Shown piece after piece: positions 25,481-32,000 of a stretch of 32,000 bases of DNA. A program made the translations under genes and the position numbers. Position 1 is the first letter of the stretch. Each line of letters opens with the position of its first letter. This DNA is from an uncultured Erysipelotrichaceae bacterium (GTDB lineage: Bacteria; Bacillota_I; Bacilli_A; Erysipelotrichales; Erysipelotrichaceae), in the NCBI GenBank assembly GCA_942492995.1, contig OW818653.1:390001-422000 (forward strand), written 5' to 3'. Under the pieces are notes generated by a model that was not told the DNA's origin, made no database searches, and saw nothing but the letters and a program-made list of their open reading frames with translations.

Positions 25481-25589
25481 TTGAAGTCCGATAAATTCAA
25501 ATATTTCTGTTAATAATTCATTACTATACAGTAATGGATAAATGAAACTAATAAACAGTATTACAAATAACATAATAATCTCTAATCGT

Positions 25590-26816
25590 TTAATGAATTT
25601 CATGCTTAACCTCCAAACTAAAGAATACTAAGCTAATAAGAATAAACGTTTGAGGGAACACAATAACCGCATCCGTAAATCCATTCCCAATTTCAAGCGC
25701 ACAGATACCGATCACCAATGGCATATATGGGTGATCTTTTTTTATCCATTCTTCAATTGGTTTAAACAATGGGACAATGAAATGCCAAGTTAATAGTATA
25801 AATCCAACTAAACCTGAACTTAAGAATACTTCTAGAATTAAATTATGGGCATGGATTTGGTACTTCATTCCATAGTCTTCGATAATGTATGCCATGGTAT
25901 ATAAGCCTTTCCCAAAGAATATATTATGGGTTATTTCATTAATTGCGGCTAGATATAAATCGATACGTACTCCAGCTGATAGACTTACTGTTTCAACTCT
26001 TGGGAATACTTTTAGGAGTAATTCTGGATTCGCATATACGAAGATTAAACTCGGTATAACAACGATAAAGAATAATTTGAAGTCATACACTGTAAACAAG
26101 AATATGAGTCCTATAACGAGTCCTATGAATGCTGAACGTGATTCTGTTAAGCGTAAGCCAATTAAATTAACGACTAACACAACACAATAGAATAAGAATT
26201 TAACACTGTATAATTTCCAATTCTGTTTAAATTTATAAATACTATCGATTATGTAATAAACACTTACCAACGCAATAAATGCGCTAATGTGTCCATAGAA
26301 ATTCGGGTTAATAAATGTACTTGTCGATCTAAAGTTTTCAGCTATTCCTGTAATAAACTGATAGGGGATTAAGATGTATTCCATAAAGAATAAGTACAGT
26401 TTATACGTTGATGTCGTATAGAAATCAACGGTTGTATAATACAGACTTAACATGGAACCTAAACCACAAATAATCATCATTAATTCAAATCGAATCTTTG
26501 TGAGTTTGTACCTAACATACGTTGTATAGATTGTGACTAACCATAAGAAGAATGATGCGATTAAACCTAGAGTATTGTTGTTAAAGTATGCTAGTAATGT
26601 CATATATAAACTGAATAAATAGAGGATATAATTCTGTTTATACAGTAATACTTTCACAAACTCTTTTACATTCAGTAATATAAATAAACAGGCTATTCCA
26701 CCGAATAGAAAGAATTGATCCATCGGTAAAAAGAACGTAATCATCGGGATATACAGATTGTACGTTTCAAAACTTATTCTTACTATTTTTCTATAGTCAA
26801 TTTTTCTATTTTTCAT
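25590..26816 (-). CDS. wzy: O-antigen ligase/polymerase family membrane protein (Wzy-like)
   Basis: About 10-12 TM segments. The RLTESRSAFIGLVIGLIFL segment is typical of the Wzy_C/O-antigen-ligase domain. ATG 26816 (MKNRKIDY) is preferred; the track start at 26834 lies inside a hairpin. Confidence 0.75.
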   Translation of the reverse strand: MKNRKIDYRKIVRISFETYNLYIPMITFFLPMDQFFLFGGIACLFILLNVKEFVKVLLYKQNYILYLFSLYMTLLAYFNNNTLGLIASFFLWLVTIYTTYVRYKLTKIRFELMMIICGLGSMLSLYYTTVDFYTTSTYKLYLFFMEYILIPYQFITGIAENFRSTSTFINPNFYGHISAFIALVSVYYIIDSIYKFKQNWKLYSVKFLFYCVVLVVNLIGLRLTESRSAFIGLVIGLIFLFTVYDFKLFFIVVIPSLIFVYANPELLLKVFPRVETVSLSAGVRIDLYLAAINEITHNIFFGKGLYTMAYIIEDYGMKYQIHAHNLILEVFLSSGLVGFILLTWHFIVPLFKPIEEWIKKDHPYMPLVIGICALEIGNGFTDAVIVFPQTFILISLVFFSLEVKHEIH

Positions 26817-26822
26817 ATTACC

Positions 26823-26850
26823 TAAAAAACACATTAGAATCTAATGTGTT
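26823..26850 (-). terminator. strong hairpin plus T6 between cpsD and wzy (internal terminator/attenuator)
   Basis: On the minus strand, AACACATTAG ATT CTAATGTGTT (perfect 10-bp stem) is followed by TTTTTT, located between the cpsD stop (26857) and the wzy start (26816). Confidence 0.55.
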
Positions 26851-26856
26851 AAGTGT

Positions 26857-27645
26857 TTATAGCCCTTGTTGGCGACGTTTACGATTCTTAAGTTTCATAC
26901 TATGACCTAATGTATTCGGTGTCTTTGAATTCTTTGAATAACGATAGTTATAGTAATAATATCTGTTCTTAGAACTTGGAATCATTGTTAGAACTGTCCC
27001 AATAATATTCGCATTCGCACGTTGAAGTTGTGTAACTGCAGTCACAGCTCGTTCTTTTTGGGTTTGATGTGACGCGATGCAGAAGAGTACACCATCACTG
27101 GCTAAACTGATTGGAATCGCATCCGCAATCGGTAATACTGGAGGCGCATCAATAACGATAAAGTTGAAATGTTCCTTCAATGTGTTTAATAATTCTTTAA
27201 AACGTTTACTAGAAAGTACTTCTAACGGATTAGGAATTGTACTACCTGAAGTCATTACGAATAGATCATTTATACCGTTTGGTACTTTAACCGATTGGAT
27301 ATATTTCGCTAAAGCAGTTATATCTAATTCATGATTGAGTAATGCGTTTGTTAAACCTAATCGATTACTTAGTTTCAATGTCTTATGTACATCTGGAATT
27401 CTAAGGTCACAATCAATGAGTAATACGCGATTCTTTTGGGCTGCCATTACCTTCGCTAGATTAATCGAAGTTGTGGTTTTACCCTCTGCAGAATCGGAAC
27501 TTGTAACAGCTAATATTTGAATATCAGTATCGATTGATGTGAATTCAATATTCGTTCTAAGTAGCTTATAAGATTCTAATTCGTCTTGTTTATAATTCTG
27601 ATGTTTAGATTCAAAATCTAATTTTGGCAATTTAATATCTGTCAT
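26857..27645 (-). CDS. cpsD: CpsD/CapB-type bacterial tyrosine kinase (BY-kinase cytoplasmic subunit)
   Basis: Walker A SDSAEGKTTTS, Walker A' LLIDCDLR, Walker B FIVIDAPPV, and a C-terminal Tyr cluster YYYYNYRY. ATG 27645 lies 4 nt after GGGGGA. Confidence 0.9.
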   Translation of the reverse strand: MTDIKLPKLDFESKHQNYKQDELESYKLLRTNIEFTSIDTDIQILAVTSSDSAEGKTTTSINLAKVMAAQKNRVLLIDCDLRIPDVHKTLKLSNRLGLTNALLNHELDITALAKYIQSVKVPNGINDLFVMTSGSTIPNPLEVLSSKRFKELLNTLKEHFNFIVIDAPPVLPIADAIPISLASDGVLFCIASHQTQKERAVTAVTQLQRANANIIGTVLTMIPSSKNRYYYYNYRYSKNSKTPNTLGHSMKLKNRKRRQQGL

Positions 27646-27768
27646 ATGTCCCCCAATGCTCATTTGAATTATAGTGGTTTAGAACTTTATTGTAAATCAC
27701 TTTGTCTTTATTTTACAAAAGAACCGTGCTAGAATGAAACCGATATTTAATATAGGGGGACATATGAC
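27641..27768. repeat. inverted repeat: identical 14-nt SD-start module on divergent cpsD and cpsC
   Basis: GGGGGACATATGAC occurs at 27755-27768 (+) and as its reverse complement at 27641-27654. Extended, the arms match at 16 of 18 positions (AT[T/A]GGGGGACATATGAC[A/G]). Each arm contains the SD and the start codon. Confidence 0.85.
27668..27696 (-). promoter_or_regulatory. near-consensus sigma-A promoter of cpsD
   Basis: On the minus strand, TTTACA (27696-27691), a 17-nt spacer, then TATAAT (27673-27668). Confidence 0.6.
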
Positions 27769-28456
27769 GCATTCACAATACAAAGATGATTTTAATGACG
27801 AGATTGATTTATTAGAGTTATTTCAACTCTTCATCGACAATCTTTTTTTAATTATAGGATTAAGTATACTAGGCTTTGGATTAGCATTTGCCTATACGAC
27901 ATTCTTTGTAGAACCGACGTATAGTAGTGAATCTACGGTATTTATCCAACCAACGGTTAAAGAAAATCAAGTTAGTGCAAGTGATATTACAACGAACCAA
28001 AAGTTAACTACGACGTATACTGAAATTGCGAAGAGTAATACTGTATTGGATCAAGTTTGGCCATCGTATAAAGATAGTTTAAGTAAGAAACAAATCAGTG
28101 AAGCATTAACCATTAAATCGGTTGGTGAAACACAGATTATATCGTTTACTGCAGTCACAACAGATCCACAGTTATCTGCTAATTTAGTTAATCGAGTAGT
28201 TAATGTGTTTATTATGGAAGTTAGCGATATCATGGAAATTGATAACTTAAAGATTATTGATAAAGCACAAGTTAATCGTCAAAAGGTTGGACCAAATCGT
28301 ACATTGAATGTCGTAATTGGGACAATGTTAGGCTTTATGTTAGGTGTTGGGATTGCGTTATTAAAGATGTTGCTTAATCGTACAATTCAAACACGTTATG
28401 ATGCGGAGAAGTTATTAAACTTACCTGTATTAGGAGAGATTCACTTTAATGAATAA
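27764..28456 (+). CDS. cpsC: CpsC/Wzz-type chain-length determinant (BY-kinase transmembrane activator)
   Basis: N-terminal DEIDLLELFQLFIDN plus a TM segment, an extracellular domain, and a C-terminal TM plus basic tail are typical of YveK/CpsC. ATG 27764 is preferred. Confidence 0.85.
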   Translation: MTHSQYKDDFNDEIDLLELFQLFIDNLFLIIGLSILGFGLAFAYTTFFVEPTYSSESTVFIQPTVKENQVSASDITTNQKLTTTYTEIAKSNTVLDQVWPSYKDSLSKKQISEALTIKSVGETQIISFTAVTTDPQLSANLVNRVVNVFIMEVSDIMEIDNLKIIDKAQVNRQKVGPNRTLNVVIGTMLGFMLGVGIALLKMLLNRTIQTRYDAEKLLNLPVLGEIHFNE

Positions 28457-29246
28457 GTTAATTGATCTTCACAATCATGTGTTACCAATTGATGATGGCG
28501 CAAAGAATGATCAAGATAGTTTAAAGATGCTTTACGATGCAGTTGAAAGTAATATTTCAACTGTTTTTGTTACTCCGCATATGATTCCAGGTGGTAAGTA
28601 TAATCCGACGGTTGATCAAATAAATAATGCGTATATTCATTTAAAACAATTAATCAAAGAAAATAATGTACCAATTACTGTAAAACTTGGTTCAGAGTTT
28701 CAAATAAATTCAGAGTGTTTAAGTGCAATCGATAATAAGCAATTTATTTGTTACGAAGATACGGATTATTTACTAATCGAGTTTGTTCGTAAGAATATGC
28801 ATTTTGGAATTATCAATGATGCGTTAAATGAGCTACAGAGTCAAAACATTAAAATCGTAATCGCTCATCCAGAACGTTACTTCGATGATGTGAATGAAGC
28901 GTTTGAAATGGCGTATAAATGGATTAAGCAGGGCTATTATCTACAAATCAACAGGACGTCATTATTGCCTAATCAGAATCCGATTCATCGTAAGATTGCC
29001 TTTAAACTGGTTAATGCGAATCTTGTACATATCATATCATCTGACGCTCATCGTCCTGATGGACAAAGACGATTAATCCTTGATGATAGTTACTCGATTA
29101 TTAAACGATATATGGGAGAAGAGTGTGCAGATTTATTACATCGTATTAATCCATATCGTTTATCACAGAACGAAGACTTAATTTCTATGCGAAAAATATC
29201 ACGAGGGTATAAACGTGTACTCGAATTTTTTATTCGTAATTTTTAG
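28449..29246 (+). CDS. cpsB: CpsB/CapC PHP-family protein-tyrosine phosphatase
   Basis: IDLHNHVLPIDDGA, TPH, AHPERY and SDAH metal-binding motifs are present. It overlaps the cpsC end by 8 nt. Confidence 0.9.
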   Translation: MNKLIDLHNHVLPIDDGAKNDQDSLKMLYDAVESNISTVFVTPHMIPGGKYNPTVDQINNAYIHLKQLIKENNVPITVKLGSEFQINSECLSAIDNKQFICYEDTDYLLIEFVRKNMHFGIINDALNELQSQNIKIVIAHPERYFDDVNEAFEMAYKWIKQGYYLQINRTSLLPNQNPIHRKIAFKLVNANLVHIISSDAHRPDGQRRLILDDSYSIIKRYMGEECADLLHRINPYRLSQNEDLISMRKISRGYKRVLEFFIRNF

Positions 29247-29344
29247 CCAAAATTTGATGGAATTGTTCATTATTACACTCATAGTATGTGGAAATCGCAA
29301 AACTTTGTTGTTACAATTAATCGTAGTTTGAGGGGGGTCATACT

Positions 29345-29866
29345 ATTAAGCATTGGCACGTGATACAGGTAGTGAGTGGGCAAGAGGATAAAGTAATATC
29401 TTTAATCCAACAGGAAGACTTCCATGCGTTTACGCCGAAACAAATTAGAATTTGGATTCGTAAAGGAATTAAGATTCGTAAATATGTTCCTTTGTTTAGA
29501 GGTTATGTATTTATCGAAACAAATCATGACGTCTTCGAGTTTCTAACATATTTAAATATTTATGTGAAACCAATTAAAGGATTTATTCGATTACTTAGGT
29601 ATGAGAATAGAGAGATTGATACGGTATTACCTCACGAAAGAGTTTGGATAGAATCATTCTGTAATGATAAGTTTGTGATTGAATCTTCAATAGGATTTAT
29701 TGTTGGTGATCAGATTCGTATTATTGAAGGTCCATTAATGGGTCATGAGAGCGAGATTAAGAAAGTAAATCGTCATAAGCGTTGTGTGGAAGTAGAGCTT
29801 ACGATGTTTGATCAGATCCAAAGAATTACTTTAGATTGTGAAGTCATTGAGAAGATACAAAATTAG
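29345..29866 (+). CDS. NusG-paralog transcription antiterminator (LoaP/UpxY-like)
   Basis: NGN-like N-terminus (K)HWHVIQVVSGQEDKV...FPGYVFIE-like LFRGYVFIE. KOW motif GDQIRIIEGPLMGHESEIKKV. The track starts at GTG 29360. I propose ATT 29345, which lies 7 nt after GAGGGGGG; the start is uncertain. Confidence 0.7.
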   Translation: MKHWHVIQVVSGQEDKVISLIQQEDFHAFTPKQIRIWIRKGIKIRKYVPLFRGYVFIETNHDVFEFLTYLNIYVKPIKGFIRLLRYENREIDTVLPHERVWIESFCNDKFVIESSIGFIVGDQIRIIEGPLMGHESEIKKVNRHKRCVEVELTMFDQIQRITLDCEVIEKIQN

Positions 29867-29916
29867 AGCTTGAATTAATCGTTGTCGGGGGCACGTTAAA
29901 CAAACTTTATGATAAT

Positions 29917-29965
29917 AGCAGTACGTCACTGAGGTTACCTTTTGTGGGCGTAGCTGCTTTTTTTT
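29917..29965 (+). terminator. strong intrinsic terminator in the loaP-like to capD intergenic leader
   Basis: AGCAGTACGTCAC (14-nt loop) GTGGGCGTAGCTGCT gives about 13 bp with one bulge, followed by T8 (29958-29965). Confidence 0.7.
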
Positions 29966-29996
29966 ATGGGATTTTATACCTTTGGGGGGTGAAATT

Positions 29997-31808
29997 ATGA
30001 ATTCCTTATTTAGGAAACTGGTACTTGTAATTATCGATGTACTTATCGTTAATATAGCGTATTATTTTGCGTTAATTATACGATTTGAAGGATTTGTACC
30101 TTCGGTATTTATGGATGTATTTAATCTATCGTGGTGGAGTTTTACCATTACGATAATCGCATGTTATTACTGGATGGGTTTATATCATAGTCTATGGCGA
30201 TATGCGAGTATTAATGAATTAGCGAAACTTGTGTTATCAACTACATTCGCATTTGGTTTAGAGTATGCATTAATTCTTATCATGCATTGGAATATGCCAG
30301 AATCAGTCATGATCATTGCGTATATTCTAACAGTAATGGGAGTTTCTACTTCAAGATTATCGTACAGATATCTAAGACGAGTTAAATCAGAATTAAGAAA
30401 TAAAACGAATAATAAACGAGTAATGATTGTAGGCGCTGGAGATGCTGGTGCTGCAATTATTAAAGAGTTAAAGATTAGTTCATATGCAAATGCGATTCCT
30501 GTAGTTATTGTGGATGATGCAGTGTGGAAACAAAATACAATGGTTCATGGTGTACGAGTTAAAGGTACTACCAAGGATATTGAACATCTAGTCACAAATG
30601 AACATATCGATGAAATTGTTATTGCGATTCCATCCATGAATAAAGATCGACTTAAAGAGATTGTTGCGATTTGTCAAAGAACACGTTGTACCGTAAAAAC
30701 TTTACCGCATATCTCTGAAATGGATAATCAAAAAGCTGATTTATCGATATTAAGACAAATTGATATTGTCGATTTATTAGGACGTAATGAAGTTACGTTA
30801 GATATTAGTGGCATTAATCAATTCATTGAGAATCAAGTCGTACTTATTACCGGTGGTGGTGGTTCGATTGGTTCTGAAATATGTAGACAATTAATTAAGT
30901 TTAATCCTAAGAAACTATTAATTCTTGATATCTATGAAAATAATGCATATGATCTTCAACAAGCATTAAAACGTCAATATCCTGAAAAAGATATCGAAGT
31001 TATTATTGCGAGTGTACGTGATAAAGAACGTATATGTCGAATATTTGCACAATATCACCCAAGTATCGTATTCCATGCGGCAGCGCATAAACATGTACCG
31101 TTCATGGAAGATCATCCATCAGAAGCAATCAAAAATAATGTCATGGGTACACTTAACGTAGCGTTATGTGCACATGAGAATGATGTTAAACGATTCATAC
31201 TCATATCTACTGATAAAGCAGTTAATCCTACAAACATCATGGGTGCGACTAAACGCATCGCAGAACTCATTATTCAAAGCTTAAATCAACGTAGTAAAAC
31301 AGAATATGTGGCAGTTAGATTCGGCAATGTATTAGGCAGTAATGGATCAGTAATTCCTTTGTTTAAATCGCAAATCGCAGCTGGTGGACCTGTTACAGTT
31401 ACACATCCAGATATCACACGTTATTTCATGACGATCCCTGAAGCTTCTCGTTTAGTTATCCAAGCTGGAGCTATAGCGAAGGGTGGAGAAATATTTGTAT
31501 TAGACATGGGTGAACCTGTTAAGATTGTGGATCTAGCGAAACAAATCATATTACTCTCTGGTTATACCGAAGAAGAAATGCCAATTAAATTTGTTGGTTT
31601 AAGACCTGGTGAGAAATTATATGAAGAACTTCTACTTGAAGAAGAAGGATTAGCATGTACACATCAACCTGGCATCATGATCGCAAAACCATCTGAAATA
31701 CCATTCGATGAAGTATATGAAATCATATTAGATATTAGAGAAAGCCAATACGAGATAAGCAATTTAAAGAATAATCTTAAACGATTAGTTCCGAGTATGG
31801 AAGAATAG
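29997..31808 (+). CDS. capD: membrane-anchored polysaccharide biosynthesis protein CapD/EpsC (UDP-sugar 4,6-dehydratase family)
   Basis: Four N-terminal TM segments, Rossmann motifs VGAGDAG and ITGGGGSIGSE, and the AAAHKHVP and STDKAVNPTNIMGATKR catalytic region. ATG 29997 follows GGGGGGTGA. Confidence 0.9.
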   Translation: MNSLFRKLVLVIIDVLIVNIAYYFALIIRFEGFVPSVFMDVFNLSWWSFTITIIACYYWMGLYHSLWRYASINELAKLVLSTTFAFGLEYALILIMHWNMPESVMIIAYILTVMGVSTSRLSYRYLRRVKSELRNKTNNKRVMIVGAGDAGAAIIKELKISSYANAIPVVIVDDAVWKQNTMVHGVRVKGTTKDIEHLVTNEHIDEIVIAIPSMNKDRLKEIVAICQRTRCTVKTLPHISEMDNQKADLSILRQIDIVDLLGRNEVTLDISGINQFIENQVVLITGGGGSIGSEICRQLIKFNPKKLLILDIYENNAYDLQQALKRQYPEKDIEVIIASVRDKERICRIFAQYHPSIVFHAAAHKHVPFMEDHPSEAIKNNVMGTLNVALCAHENDVKRFILISTDKAVNPTNIMGATKRIAELIIQSLNQRSKTEYVAVRFGNVLGSNGSVIPLFKSQIAAGGPVTVTHPDITRYFMTIPEASRLVIQAGAIAKGGEIFVLDMGEPVKIVDLAKQIILLSGYTEEEMPIKFVGLRPGEKLYEELLLEEEGLACTHQPGIMIAKPSEIPFDEVYEIILDIRESQYEISNLKNNLKRLVPSMEE

Positions 31809-31819
31809 AGGGGGTTAAA

Positions 31820-32000
31820 ATGAATAATAAAATTTGGTTATCTTCACCTCATATGAGTGATGAAGGTTATGAAATGGAATATATAAAAGAAGCGTTTGAT
31901 ACAAATTGGATTGCGCCTTTAGGGCCAAATGTAAATGAGTTCGAAAAAGAATTTGCACATAGAGTCGGGATAAAACATGCGGCTGCATTAACAACAGGAA
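31820..32000 (+). CDS. DegT/DnrJ/EryC1/StrS-family sugar aminotransferase (5' part, open at right edge)
   Basis: Hand-translated as MNNKIWLSSPHMSDEGYEMEYIKEAFDTNWIAPLGPNVNEFEKEFAHRVGIKHAAALTTG, a typical N-terminus of this family. SD GAGGGGG. Confidence 0.85.
   Translation, partial: MNNKIWLSSPHMSDEGYEMEYIKEAFDTNWIAPLGPNVNEFEKEFAHRVGIKHAAALTTG

Noticed and set aside
25735-25745. Homopolymer tracts (A/T7-8) in or near capsule genes as phase-variation switches
   Set aside because: The T8 runs belong to terminators. Coding-region runs are 7 nt or shorter, which is short for slipped-strand switching. I have no evidence of length heterogeneity from a single sequence.
1155-28233. Short ORFs in the track lying antisense inside longer, well-supported genes: 1155-1358, 2075-2284, 3380-3631, 3791-4021, 7503-7724, 8546-8731, 11466-11699, 11723-11920, 15526-15708, 16978-17166, 19207-19452, 19710-19931, 20734-21012, 23022-23258, 23931-24140, 25885-26190, 27077-27334, 27335-27520 and 28051-28233. 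Also the same-strand out-of-frame ORF 28894-29076.
   Set aside because: Each is fully embedded in a gene with strong motif support. They lack SD sequences and have low-complexity or odd composition typical of shadow ORFs in AT-rich DNA.
1-32000. CRISPR arrays, IS elements/transposases, rRNA or other large structured RNAs
   Set aside because: Scanning the intergenic regions by eye found no regularly spaced direct repeats, no transposase-like ORFs and no long non-coding stretches; the largest gaps are about 170-290 nt.

Overview
Visibly AT-rich chromosomal DNA (roughly one-third G+C by eye, not computed) with low-GC Gram-positive (Bacillota) hallmarks: GGAGG-type Shine-Dalgarno sites, a T-box leader, lipobox lipoproteins, many hairpin+T-run terminators, and the standard code with TGA used as a stop. 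I support about 42 protein genes, one tRNA and several cis-regulatory RNAs or sites. From left to right: a partial PRC-barrel-type gene; T-box(Thr)-controlled thrS translationally coupled to a lipoprotein gene; bioY; a GNAT; membrane and hypothetical genes; a HAD phosphatase; a zinc-ribbon PrsW protease; pirin plus a small lipoprotein; an orphan ABC permease; an attenuator-controlled uracil permease; mscL; a degenerate-GGDEF/EAL membrane protein; an SmtB-type repressor with a P1B-2 Zn/Cd ATPase and an overlapping DEDDh exonuclease; a PPase-like gene coupled to rlmCD; an orphan hicB; two divergent HAD phosphatases; and tRNA-Ala(CGC). The tRNA is followed by a small accessory cassette: an unannotated 54-aa ORF coupled to a MazF/PemK-like gene, then a NYN/LabA-like nuclease gene. 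Then come DUF1232, GNAT, GyrI-like, VanZ and small-export-protein genes. From about 25.5 kb to the right edge lies the start of a capsule/exopolysaccharide locus: Wzy-like, CpsD kinase, CpsC, CpsB, a LoaP-like NusG paralog, CapD/EpsC dehydratase and a DegT aminotransferase. I saw no CRISPR array, transposase, integrase or rRNA. The best candidates for something new are the tRNA-flanking RNase-type cassette and the unusual regulatory architecture of the capsule locus. That architecture includes a mirrored 14-nt SD-start module on divergent cpsC/cpsD, a NusG paralog followed by a strong terminator, and an internal terminator before wzy. All family assignments come from motif recognition by eye; no database search was possible.
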